In this document: piece after piece, positions 55,464 through 64,000 of the stretch | How positions within the stretch are numbered: the first letter of the stretch is position 1 | Layout: every line of letters starts with the position of its first letter | Assembly: GCA_036525795.1 (NCBI GenBank) | Contig: DATCZS010000043.1 | Location: forward strand, 5,402-69,401 | Source of the DNA: Acidimicrobiia bacterium | GTDB lineage: Bacteria > Actinomycetota > Acidimicrobiia > Spongiisociales > ZC4RG35 | Reading direction: 5' to 3' | DNA: 64,000 nt | Position numbers and translations under genes: made by a program | Notes under the pieces: generated by a model | What the model saw: the letters and a program-made list of their open reading frames with translations, nothing else | Databases searched by the model: none | What the model was told of the DNA's origin: nothing

Positions 55464-55497
55464 CCGCCCGCCGGGGAGCCGGTAGCGTCCCCGCAAC

Positions 55498-56091
55498 GTG
55501 ACCCTCGCTGATCTCGCCGTCATCGCCGCCACCCTGCTGGCGTGGGCTTCGCTGCTCCCCCAGATCGCCCGGCTGGCGCGAACCGGGGATCCGACCGGCG
55601 TTTCGACGACCTGGCCCGCGATCGGGCTCGTGTCCAATGCCGGCTGGACGGTGTACCTGGTCGGCCGGAACCTGTGGGCGGCGGTGCCTTCGACCATCGT
55701 GATGGTCCTGTTCTATGCGCTCGTCCTTCGCGCCCTGGCGAGGACCGGTGCCAGGCTCGACAGGAGCTGGGGGCGCGGTGCGACATGGGCGCTGGCGCTG
55801 GCCTTCGCCGGCCTGGCGGGCGGCCTCTCCGCCATGGGGCTCCTCCTCGGCTGGTCGTACATCGTCCAGATCGCCCCCGCGGTCAGGGCCGTCTACGCCA
55901 CCCGGCGACCGACCGGCGTCTCGATCTCCACCTGGCTGCTGATCGCGGTCGAGGCGGCTCTGTGGGGCTTCTACGGCTGGTGGTTCGAGGACACGCCGGT
56001 GGTGGTATACGGAGTCGTGGGGGTCGCCGGCGGGCTCGCCATCGTCGCCCGCCTGATCGCGTCCCGACGTCGATCGACGCAGCCTGTCTGA
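55498..56091 (+). CDS. Tandem PQ-loop (double SemiSWEET-like) membrane protein
   Basis: Internal duplication: LLPQIARLARTGDPTGVS after TM1 and QIAPAVRAVYATRRPTGVS after TM4. About 6 TM. 197 aa. Confidence 0.55.
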   Translation: MTLADLAVIAATLLAWASLLPQIARLARTGDPTGVSTTWPAIGLVSNAGWTVYLVGRNLWAAVPSTIVMVLFYALVLRALARTGARLDRSWGRGATWALALAFAGLAGGLSAMGLLLGWSYIVQIAPAVRAVYATRRPTGVSISTWLLIAVEAALWGFYGWWFEDTPVVVYGVVGVAGGLAIVARLIASRRRSTQPV

Positions 56092-56145
56092 ACGGGGAGG
56101 CCAAACCGGGACGGCCGAGCCCGCACCGGAACGCGGCGGCCGAGG

Positions 56146-57306
56146 TCAGACCGGCCGATGGGCCGTCAGCCAGCGTTCCAGTCGCTCGATCGCCTCGGCG
56201 ATGTCATCCGGCGACTCCGAATACGAGATGCGGAGGTGGTGTTCGCCCCGCCCCGGGTCGAAGTCGATGCCGGGAGTCAGGGCTACCCCGGTCTCGTCGA
56301 GCAACCTGCGACACAGCTCGGAGCTGGGGATCCCGCACCGGGCCACGTCGACCCACAGGTAGAACGCCCCGTCGGCCGGGGCGTGGGGCAGGTCCCAGCG
56401 GGCGAGGGCCGCAACCAGCATGCGACGGGACTCGGCGTAGCGAGCCACATTGGCGTCGAGTTCGGCTGTGGCATCGAACGCCGCCGCAGCCGACATCTGG
56501 GCGAGGGTGGGCGGCGAGATGAACAGGTTCTGGGCAAGGCGCTCGAGCGGCGAGACGAGCACGGGAGGAACCACCAGCCATCCCAGGCGCCATCCGGTCA
56601 TGGAGAAGTACTTCGAGAACGACTGGACGACGATGGCATCCCTGGTGACCTCGAGGGCGCTCACCGCCGGCGCGTCGTAGCTGATCCCGTGATAGATCTC
56701 GTCGCTGATCAAGACCGTCCGCCGCTCCTCACACACCTGCACCAATGCCGCGAGCTCGTCACGACGCAGAGCCGTGCCGGTCGGATTCGAGGGAGAGGCG
56801 ATGACGAGCGCATCGAGCCGGCCCGCCTCCTCCACGAGCCGCGGGGTCGGCACCCAGCGTGATGCGGCGTCCACCGGGATCCCGACCAGTTCGAGGTCGA
56901 GGGCGGAGATGATGTTGCGGTAGGCGGCGTAGCCGGGTTCGGTGATGCCGACCCTGGCTCCGACATCGAGCGCCGCCAGCAGGGCGAGCACGAACCCGCC
57001 AGACGCGCCTGCCGTCACGGCCACGTGCTCAGGATCCACTTCGACCCCCCGCCGGAGGTAGTGCGAGGCGATGGCACTGCGCAGCGCAGGAACCCCGAGG
57101 GCGTCGGTGTAGCCGAGCCGATCGACCTCCAGCACCGTCGCGGCGGTTGCGAGAACGGCCGCCGGAGCCGGAGTGGACGGCTGGCCGACCTCGAGATGCA
57201 GCACATCCCCGTGCGCCGCCTGACGCCGCCCGGCGGCCTTCATCACTTCCATCACGTGGAACGGCGCGATGGCCGAACGACGCGAAGGACGCACCTCAAA
57301 CCCCAT
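56146..57306 (-). CDS. Class I/II aminotransferase (aspartate-aminotransferase-like)
   Basis: PLP-Lys motif QSFSKYFSMTGWRLGW. SNPTG. 386 aa. Confidence 0.85.
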   Translation of the reverse strand: MGFEVRPSRRSAIAPFHVMEVMKAAGRRQAAHGDVLHLEVGQPSTPAPAAVLATAATVLEVDRLGYTDALGVPALRSAIASHYLRRGVEVDPEHVAVTAGASGGFVLALLAALDVGARVGITEPGYAAYRNIISALDLELVGIPVDAASRWVPTPRLVEEAGRLDALVIASPSNPTGTALRRDELAALVQVCEERRTVLISDEIYHGISYDAPAVSALEVTRDAIVVQSFSKYFSMTGWRLGWLVVPPVLVSPLERLAQNLFISPPTLAQMSAAAAFDATAELDANVARYAESRRMLVAALARWDLPHAPADGAFYLWVDVARCGIPSSELCRRLLDETGVALTPGIDFDPGRGEHHLRISYSESPDDIAEAIERLERWLTAHRPV

Positions 57307-58369
57307 CGGTGGGAAGCCTCCTCACCCGACCCGACCTGATCACCGCCACCGGGGCGCCGAGGACCGTCGGGTCGTCATGCGGATGCACGTCGAAGCCCAC
57401 GAGATCGGCGGGTTCGCCCACCTCGAACCCCGCGGAGCGTCCGGCATACCGGTACGCGGCGGTGGAGACCGCCGCCACGGCGTCTTCGTGGCTCAAGCCG
57501 TAGTCGATCATCCGCAGCGCCTCGGAAACCACCCGCGAGGAGGGTACCGCCAGATCGGACCCGGCCAGCACGTGAACCCCTCTCTCGACCGCCGAGGGGA
57601 GCAGAGCCCGCACCCGCGCCAGCCCTTCGGCGACGACCCTTCCCCCGGTTCGTTCGCGACCGACCTCTTCGACCACCGCTTCCATCCGCAACACGGTGGG
57701 AACCCAGGCACCGCCTCTCGCTCCGAGGAGGCGGAGGTCGTCGTCGGTCAGGAACAGGCCATGCTCGATGGAGTCGACCCCGGCCCGCACCGCTGCGGAT
57801 GCCACATGCGGAGCAGCGGTGTGGATCGCCACCCTCGCTCCCCCTCTGTGGGCGAGGTCGACGGCGACACGCAATGCGTCCTCGTCGAAGTTCGCCACTG
57901 CCCCCATCCCCCGTCGCGGCCAGTCCCCCACCAGCTTGACCCAGCCGGCCGACTCGGCGACGGCGGCCCCCACCGCCGCGGCCAACCCGTCCGCGTCGGT
58001 TTCCACGGCGAACCCCGGGTAGTAGCCGCCCGGAGCGGCGATCATTCGTCCGGCGGCATGGAGGTCGGGTCGCTCCCAGGCCGGGCGCGACAGCAGTCCG
58101 ATCACCGTCGTGTCGCGCCATCCCTTGTCGAAGCACAGCAGCACCCCGCCGTCGAGCAGCGTCACCGCCCTGGCGGCGATCGCCGCCGGATCGCCCGGCT
58201 CGAGCACCATGTCGTCCTGGGCGAGATGGGCGTGGGAATCCGCCAGACCCGGAAGGCACCAGAGCCCGGACAGGTCGAGCACCGGGCCTGCGGAGTCATC
58301 GGTCCAACCCCCGTCCTCGATTCCGCGCTCGCACACGACCCCTGAGAGGTCCCTCATCGCCACCCGCAT
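57296..58369 (-). CDS. Amidohydrolase-family metallo-hydrolase
   Basis: LPGLADSHAHL (HxH), IHTAAPH, C-terminal DLVGFD. 11-nt overlap with the downstream aminotransferase. Confidence 0.75.
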   Translation of the reverse strand: MRVAMRDLSGVVCERGIEDGGWTDDSAGPVLDLSGLWCLPGLADSHAHLAQDDMVLEPGDPAAIAARAVTLLDGGVLLCFDKGWRDTTVIGLLSRPAWERPDLHAAGRMIAAPGGYYPGFAVETDADGLAAAVGAAVAESAGWVKLVGDWPRRGMGAVANFDEDALRVAVDLAHRGGARVAIHTAAPHVASAAVRAGVDSIEHGLFLTDDDLRLLGARGGAWVPTVLRMEAVVEEVGRERTGGRVVAEGLARVRALLPSAVERGVHVLAGSDLAVPSSRVVSEALRMIDYGLSHEDAVAAVSTAAYRYAGRSAGFEVGEPADLVGFDVHPHDDPTVLGAPVAVIRSGRVRRLPTDGV

Positions 58370-58429
58370 GCGGCGGAGGCTATCCCGACACTCCGCCGTA
58401 TTGCGACGCGGTCCGGGTTGAATGGCGCA

Positions 58430-59842
58430 ATGACCCGCCTCGTCCGTCTCGCCGCACTCGCCGCGATCGTCGCTTCATGTGGCTTCGTCGATGGCCGGCC
58501 CGCCGACACATCCACTCCGGACACGACATCGACCACGACCACCGTTCCGGCGACGACCACCACATCGGTGATCACCCGGGACCTCACTGTGACGGACTGC
58601 CCGGCCCCCGAGTCGCCGTTCTCGATCCTGTGCGAGACCGTGGCTCTCATCGAATCCCACTACGTGGACCCTGTCGACCTCGACGCCCTCGCCAGGGGCG
58701 CGGCGCTCGGCGTGGAGCGGCTGACCGAATCGGGTGGCTACACCGACCCCTTGACGTGTGCGGTGCCGAACACGGAGAGCTTCCTCGAATTGTGTGTCGC
58801 CATCGACGAACGCGACGTGCCTCCGGATGTCGCCGTCGAGAGCGCCCTCGTGGGGATGATCGCCGAGACGCTCGATCCCAACTCGGCATACCTCACGCCG
58901 GTGGCGCTGCAGCTCACCGCGCAGGACCAGACCGGGCAGGTCGAGGGGATCGGCGCGCTGGTCACCACCGAGGACCTGGCGAGCGATGACCCCGAGGCGA
59001 CGCCGTGCCCCGTCATCTCCGAAACCTGCAGGCTCGTGGTCGTCTCGGTGTTCCAGGGAAGTCCCGCCGAGGCCGCCGGGCTGATGCCGGACGACGTCAT
59101 GATCTCCGTGAACGGCACCTCGATCCTCGACCGGGCCTTCGACGAGGTCACCGCCGAGGTTCGCGGCCCTTCCGGTACCTCGGTGACCATCGGGATCCGG
59201 CGCGGCCCGACGACGTTCGAGGTGTCGATCGTCAGACAGGCGATCGACATCCCCACGGTCCAATCGGAGATGGTCGGCACCGTTGGCTACCTGCGCCTGT
59301 TTCAGTTCACGCTCAATGCGGACGAACAGGTTCGCCGGGCACTCGGCGACCTGCTCGACGCCGGCGCCACCGCCATCGTGTTCGACCTGCGCGACAACCC
59401 GGGCGGGGCCCTCACGACCTCGGTGGCGGTCGCCAGCGAGTTTCTCGCCGAAGGGCTCGTGCTCCGGACCGAGGCACCCGATCAGGACATTCCCTACGAG
59501 GTCCAGCCTGGAGGGCTGGCGACCGACCCGGGACTCCCGGTCCTGGTGCTCATCAACCGCGGGAGTGCGTCGGGTTCCGAGGTGGTGGCGGGGGCGCTCC
59601 AGGAGGCGGGAAGGGCCACCATCATCGGCGAGGCGAGCTTTGGCAAGAACACCGTGCAGCAGCGCTTCAACCTCTCCAACGGAGGGGCGGCCAAGCTGAC
59701 GATCGCCCGATGGGTGACTCCGGGTGGCACCGACTTCGGTGGCGATGGAATCCAGCCGGACATCGAAGCCGACCTCCCCGCCGGCCTCTCGATCGCGGAA
59801 GTGGTGGCCTCCGCCCTCGACGCCGCAGGCATGCCGGGCTGA
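58430..59842 (+). CDS. S41-family C-terminal processing peptidase, lipoprotein
   Basis: MTRLVRLAALAAIVASCG lipobox, Thr-rich linker, PDZ (GSPAEAAGLMPDDVMISVNG), DLRDNPGG, GSASGSEVVAGALQ. TTG 58418 is an alternative start. Confidence 0.85.
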   Translation: MTRLVRLAALAAIVASCGFVDGRPADTSTPDTTSTTTTVPATTTTSVITRDLTVTDCPAPESPFSILCETVALIESHYVDPVDLDALARGAALGVERLTESGGYTDPLTCAVPNTESFLELCVAIDERDVPPDVAVESALVGMIAETLDPNSAYLTPVALQLTAQDQTGQVEGIGALVTTEDLASDDPEATPCPVISETCRLVVVSVFQGSPAEAAGLMPDDVMISVNGTSILDRAFDEVTAEVRGPSGTSVTIGIRRGPTTFEVSIVRQAIDIPTVQSEMVGTVGYLRLFQFTLNADEQVRRALGDLLDAGATAIVFDLRDNPGGALTTSVAVASEFLAEGLVLRTEAPDQDIPYEVQPGGLATDPGLPVLVLINRGSASGSEVVAGALQEAGRATIIGEASFGKNTVQQRFNLSNGGAAKLTIARWVTPGGTDFGGDGIQPDIEADLPAGLSIAEVVASALDAAGMPG

Positions 59843-59856
59843 CCGCGACCGCCAGG

Positions 59857-61071
59857 TCAGAGGTAGTAACGGCAGGTCCAGGGGCGCCAGGGATCGAGAC
59901 CGCGAGAGCGGTAGTACTCGGCGAGCCACGAGGCGGCGATGATGTTCGCCTCGCCGTCGAACACCGAGCGGTCGCCCACCCCGGCCTGAACGCTGGCCAC
60001 CGCCCAGGTCCCCGGCATGAACTGGAAGAGCCCTGAGGCGCCCGAGTACGGATTGACGGCGTTGGGATCCCCGAGGCTCTCGCACTGCATGATCACGAGG
60101 GCGTCCTCGACGAGGTCAGGGGCGAAGTGGGTCGTGACCAGTGGCCTCCATGCCTCGACCGCCGCGCTGATCGGAATCGACGGCGGATCGGAGGGCGTCG
60201 TGGTGGTGGTCGTCGTGGTGGTCGTGGTGGATGACGACGTCGTCGTGGGGGCGGCGGTGACGCCAGGCGCGGTCGTGACGGTGGTCGTGGGTGCAGTCGA
60301 GGTGACGGTCGGACGGGTCGTCGACGTGGAGGTGCGGACGGTGGTTGTCGTCGTCGTCGTGGTGGCCCGGCGTGCCGCCTCCTCGGCGGCGCGGGCACGA
60401 TCAACATCCGATTGCGCCTGCCGGTACGCGGCGTCGGCGGCGTTGGCCCTGGCAAAGGCGGCAGCCACCTCGGCGTTGGCCGCCTCCAGGATCGACTGCA
60501 GCTCGTCTGAACGATCCGCCAGCTGCGATTGGAGTCCGCTCACCACATCACGTTCGGCGGCGTAGGCGCGGCGAAGATCGAGGAGCTCCCGCTGCTGGAT
60601 GAGCAGGCGATCGAGGTCTCCCAGCGCTCGCTGCTGAGAGCGACCCAGCACGTCGCCCACCACCAGCGCGTCCTCGAGGCTGGCGGTGTCCAGGACCAAC
60701 CCGCTGACTGCGGTGACCGACTCCATGTAGGCGGTGATGGTCTGTTCGGCGAGTTGGCGCTCGATGTCGAGCGAGCGCATGTCTGCAAACGCCATCGACC
60801 TGCCGATCCGGTCGAGCTCGGCGTTGGCCGTGGCCAGGCGGGCACCGGTGTCGCCGTACGCCTCGAGCACGGAGAAGAGTTGCTGTTCGACCGCATCGCG
60901 ATTGTCGATCGACCCGGTCACGACCTCGTAGGCCGAATCGACCTCGCCGCGGGCGGCATCGGCGCGCCGTTCCGCCTCATCGACGGGAGTCTGGGCTGCA
61001 ACAGAGCCGACACCCGTGATGATGGAGAGAAAGAGGAGACAGAGGACACCGAGTCCCCGGTGCGCACGCAT
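59857..61071 (-). CDS. Secreted coiled-coil protein with Thr-rich linker and C-terminal SLT (lytic transglycosylase-like) domain
   Basis: MRAHRGLGVLCLLFLSIITGVGSVAA signal, about 200 aa of coiled coil, poly-Thr linker, IMQCESLGDPNAVNPYSGASGLFQFMPGTW. The rest of listed ORF 59857..62148 is an artefact. Confidence 0.75.
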   Translation of the reverse strand: MRAHRGLGVLCLLFLSIITGVGSVAAQTPVDEAERRADAARGEVDSAYEVVTGSIDNRDAVEQQLFSVLEAYGDTGARLATANAELDRIGRSMAFADMRSLDIERQLAEQTITAYMESVTAVSGLVLDTASLEDALVVGDVLGRSQQRALGDLDRLLIQQRELLDLRRAYAAERDVVSGLQSQLADRSDELQSILEAANAEVAAAFARANAADAAYRQAQSDVDRARAAEEAARRATTTTTTTTVRTSTSTTRPTVTSTAPTTTVTTAPGVTAAPTTTSSSTTTTTTTTTTTPSDPPSIPISAAVEAWRPLVTTHFAPDLVEDALVIMQCESLGDPNAVNPYSGASGLFQFMPGTWAVASVQAGVGDRSVFDGEANIIAASWLAEYYRSRGLDPWRPWTCRYYL

Positions 61072-61212
61072 CGGACACGAGGCTACCGGCCCTGCACGTG
61101 TTGGGAAAGCCGTCCGATGCCATGACGGGGTGGCGGTACAGCCGGGAGCCGACTCGCTCTCAGCCCGGGATCTGCGCTCGCGTATCGGCGGCAATCGACC
61201 ACAATCGTCCGC

Positions 61213-61857
61213 ATGTGGCGTCACAGAGAAGCCGAACCGCTCCCCACGCCAGAGACGGCGCTGGCCGGACGGGCCAACCCGACCCGCGTCCGGGAGACCC
61301 ATTTCGTCAATGGCTCCCGCATCGTGCCGCCGTTCCCGGCGGACACCGAGGAGGCGTGGTTTGGCATGGGATGCTTCTGGGGGGCCGAACGCGGGTTCTG
61401 GCAGACCGGGGGGATTCACACCACGGCGGCCGGATACGCCGGCGGCATCACCCCCAACCCGACGTATGAGGAGGTCTGCACGGGTCGGACCGGCCACGCC
61501 GAGGTGGTGCGGGTGGTCTACAGACCGGAGCAGATCGACTTCGATCATGTGCTCAGGGTGTTCTGGGAGGGTCACGACCCGACGCAGGGTCACCGCCAGG
61601 GGAACGACGTCGGTTCGCAGTACCGCTCGGCGATCTACACCACCACCGCTGCCCAGCTGGACGCCGCCGTGCGCTCCCGCGACGTCTTCCAGCACGAGCT
61701 GACCGCCGCCGGATACGGCGCGATCACCACCGAGATCGTCCCGGCCGGCGAGTTCTTCTACGCCGAGGACTACCACCAGCAGTACCTGGGGAAGAATCCC
61801 AACGGCTACTGCGGACTGGGGGGCACCGGCGTCGCCTGCCCCACCGGGCTCGGCTAG
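61213..61857 (+). CDS. msrA: Peptide methionine (S)-S-oxide reductase
   Basis: [56 protein letters not shown]. Confidence 0.9.
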   Translation: MWRHREAEPLPTPETALAGRANPTRVRETHFVNGSRIVPPFPADTEEAWFGMGCFWGAERGFWQTGGIHTTAAGYAGGITPNPTYEEVCTGRTGHAEVVRVVYRPEQIDFDHVLRVFWEGHDPTQGHRQGNDVGSQYRSAIYTTTAAQLDAAVRSRDVFQHELTAAGYGAITTEIVPAGEFFYAEDYHQQYLGKNPNGYCGLGGTGVACPTGLG

Positions 61858-61948
61858 GTACCAGGCTCCGCCCGGCCATTCCGGCCCGGTGCGAGTTGGA
61901 GCCATCGCGCGATTTCGCCGGGTCGGGAGGGTGCCAACATGGGGCGAG

Positions 61949-64000
61949 ATGCCCGACTCTCGACCCGCCGCCGGAGCAGTCTGGGACGGCTCCGGCACCA
62001 CATTCGCGCTCCGGTCGCGGGTCGCGGACGGCGTCGAGCTCTGCCTCTTCGGACCCGATGAGCGCCGGGTCGAGATGCGCCGGGTCGAGATGCGCCGGGT
62101 GGGCGACGGGGTGTTCTCGAGCCGTGTCGAAGGGGTGGGTCCCGGCACCGAGTACGGCTACAGGGTGCACGGCCCGTGGGATCCCGCCACCGGGCACCGG
62201 TGCAACCCCTTCAAGCTCCTCCTCGACCCGTACGCCCGCTCGATCAGGGGCGACGTCGCTCCCGACCCGTCGGTATACGGCCACTCGCTCGCCGATCCCC
62301 TCCGGCCGAGCCCGCTCGATTCCGCCCCGCACACGCTGCGATCGGTGGTGGTCGATCCGGCCTTCGACTGGGGCGGCTCCGGACGTCCCGACGTGCCGCT
62401 CGCCGACACGATCGTCTACGAGACCCACGTCAGGGGGTTGACGATGCTCCATCCCGGGATCCCCCAGGAGCTGCGGGGCACCTATGCCGGCCTGGGGCAT
62501 CCGACGATCGTCGAGCACCTGGCGACGCTGGGCGTGACGGCCATCGAGCTGCTCCCGATCCACACATTCGTACAGGACCAGCACCTGCTGCACACCAGCC
62601 GGCGCAACTACTGGGGCTACAACTCGATCGGGTTCTTCGCCCCCCACGCGGAGTATGCGGCCGGCGACGACCCGGTTGGCGAGTTCAAGGAGATGGTCAG
62701 GTCGCTTCACCGTGCGGGGATCGAGGTGATCCTCGACGTGGTCTACAACCACACCGCGGAAGGCAATCATCTCGGACCGACCTTGAGTTTCCGGGGGATC
62801 GACAACGCCGCCTGGTACCGACTCGATCCGACCGACCCGAGCCGGTATCTGAACTGGTCGGGGACCGGCAACACGGTCGACCTGGCGAACCCGGACCCGC
62901 TCGACCTCGTCATGGACTCGCTGCGCTACTGGGCGACAGAGATGGGGGTGGACGGCTTCCGCTTCGACCTGGCCGCCGCCCTGGGGCGCGGCGCAGCGGC
63001 ATTCGACCGCGAGAGCGCCTTCTTCGAGGCAGTCGACGCCGACCCCGAGCTCTCGAACATCAAACTCATCGCAGAGCCCTGGGATGTCGGTCCGGGCGGA
63101 TACCAGGCCGGCGCCTTCCCGCCCGGGTGGTCGGAGTGGAACGATTCGTACCGCGACACCTGCCGTGACTTCTGGCGGTCCACCGAAGGAACGCTGCCTG
63201 CCTTCGCCGCACGGATCACCGGAAGCTCGGACATCTTCGAGCGGAGCGGGCGGGGGCCGTTCGCCTCCGTCAACTTCGTCACCTCGCACGACGGTTTCAC
63301 ATTGCGCGACGCCGTCAGCTACGAACACCGCCACAATCACGCCAACGGCGAGCACAACCAGGACGGCCATCGCGACAACCGCACCTGGAACACCGGCGTG
63401 GAAGGAGAGACCTCCGATCGGGCCGTCCGCGAATTGCGCGGCCGGCGAGCCAGGTCGATGCTCGCCACGGCGGTGCTCTCCCAGGGTGTGCCGATGGTGC
63501 TCGGCGGGGATGAGATCGGGCGGACCCAGCACGGCAACAACAATGCCTACAACCAGGACAACGCCACATCCTGGTACGACTGGCAGGCCGCCGACGAGGC
63601 GATGATCTCGTTCGTCGCCCGCGTCATCCGGTTGAGACGAGAGCATCCCTCGCTTCGCAGAACCGCATGGCTCCACGAGCACCCCGATCCCGGCGGCGAT
63701 CACGTGGGATGGTTCACCCCGGAGGGTCGCCCCATGACCCCGACCGACTGGCAGATGCCATTCGCCCGCTCGGTGGCGCTCTACCTCGACGGCGCCCGCG
63801 TCCACGCCTCCGATGGCCTGATCACCGATGACGACTTCCTGCTCCTCTTCAACGCGCACACCGAGCCGCTCGAGTTCGCGATCCCCCGCATCCTCGGCCG
63901 GGGCCGGCCCTGGCAGGTGGCCGTCGACACAGCGAGGCCCCACGTCGACGGGGAGCGCGCAGGCGGGCTGGTGGCCGTCTCCGGATTCGGACTGGTGGTG
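61949..64000 (+). CDS. glgX: Glycogen debranching enzyme GlgX, 3' end outside window
   Basis: Manual translation from ATG 61949 is open to nt 64000 (684 codons). WDGSGTTFAL, YGYRVHGPWDP..GHRCNP.KLLLDPYA, VILDVVYNHTAEG, GFRFDLA, IAEPWD, NFVTSHDGFTL. Absent from the ORF track for lack of a stop codon. Confidence 0.9.
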   Translation, partial: MPDSRPAAGAVWDGSGTTFALRSRVADGVELCLFGPDERRVEMRRVEMRRVGDGVFSSRVEGVGPGTEYGYRVHGPWDPATGHRCNPFKLLLDPYARSIRGDVAPDPSVYGHSLADPLRPSPLDSAPHTLRSVVVDPAFDWGGSGRPDVPLADTIVYETHVRGLTMLHPGIPQELRGTYAGLGHPTIVEHLATLGVTAIELLPIHTFVQDQHLLHTSRRNYWGYNSIGFFAPHAEYAAGDDPVGEFKEMVRSLHRAGIEVILDVVYNHTAEGNHLGPTLSFRGIDNAAWYRLDPTDPSRYLNWSGTGNTVDLANPDPLDLVMDSLRYWATEMGVDGFRFDLAAALGRGAAAFDRESAFFEAVDADPELSNIKLIAEPWDVGPGGYQAGAFPPGWSEWNDSYRDTCRDFWRSTEGTLPAFAARITGSSDIFERSGRGPFASVNFVTSHDGFTLRDAVSYEHRHNHANGEHNQDGHRDNRTWNTGVEGETSDRAVRELRGRRARSMLATAVLSQGVPMVLGGDEIGRTQHGNNNAYNQDNATSWYDWQAADEAMISFVARVIRLRREHPSLRRTAWLHEHPDPGGDHVGWFTPEGRPMTPTDWQMPFARSVALYLDGARVHASDGLITDDDFLLLFNAHTEPLEFAIPRILGRGRPWQVAVDTARPHVDGERAGGLVAVSGFGLVV
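62063..62100 (+). repeat. 15-nt in-frame tandem duplication CGCCGGGTCGAGATG x2.5 inside glgX
   Basis: Read directly. Encodes RRVEM-RRVEM-RRV in the N-terminal domain. Confidence 0.9.

Noticed and set aside
1-64000. Searched by eye for tRNA T-loop/acceptor signatures (GGTTCGAATCC-like), rRNA, transposase/integrase motifs, long inverted or direct repeats bounding an island, and CRISPR repeats.
   Set aside because: None was found. The only GGATTCGAA/GTTCGAG-like strings lie inside well-supported CDSs. A tRNAscan/Infernal run would be needed to exclude small RNAs formally.

Overview
Very GC-rich, gene-dense segment: about 65 protein genes, tiny intergenic gaps, and many 4-nt ATGA/GTGA start-stop overlaps. 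It reads like a core metabolic region of an Actinomycetota chromosome; the taxon is an inference from protein similarity and base composition. I saw no rRNA, tRNA, CRISPR array, transposase, integrase or prophage genes.

Recognisable content, left to right:
- 5'-truncated MrfA-like DExH helicase, yceH, folD, purH-purN.
- FbpABC-type ABC importer with a class V aminotransferase.
- sucCD, mmsA, a stand-alone B12-binding mutase subunit, a cytoplasmic molybdopterin oxidoreductase, a beta-CASP MBL nuclease.
- An Lrp/AsnC regulator divergent from a Met-gamma-lyase-family gene plus a tyrosine-phenol-lyase/tryptophanase-family gene.
- deoD, maf, usp, a DrrABC-like exporter, M20 peptidase plus MFS, a CoxL-type Mo-hydroxylase subunit.
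- S41 protease, an SLT-domain wall hydrolase, msrA, and a 3'-truncated glgX. The ORF track misses glgX because it has no stop codon in the window.

Non-routine signals:
1. A perfect Cheo/LexA SOS box (CGAACATATGTTCG) sits about 20 nt upstream of an uncharacterised three-gene module at 32402-33636. The module is a coiled-coil/Cys-His protein, a 52-aa acidic peptide and a 3-TM mini-protein.
2. Two arrays of a heptanucleotide repeat GTGMGAC (16 units at 20283; 8 units at 43645) fill otherwise unusually long intergenic spacers.
3. A 274-aa protein is built from 24 uninterrupted 11-residue repeats. It lies divergent from a LuxR-type regulator with a degenerate receiver domain.
4. An orphan HypC-like chaperone is translationally coupled to an unassigned Cys/His-motif protein. 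No hydrogenase genes occur in the 64 kb.
5. A 6-TM tandem PQ-loop (double SemiSWEET-like) membrane protein.

All functional names come from by-eye motif recognition and remembered homologue sequences. No database search or computation was run.
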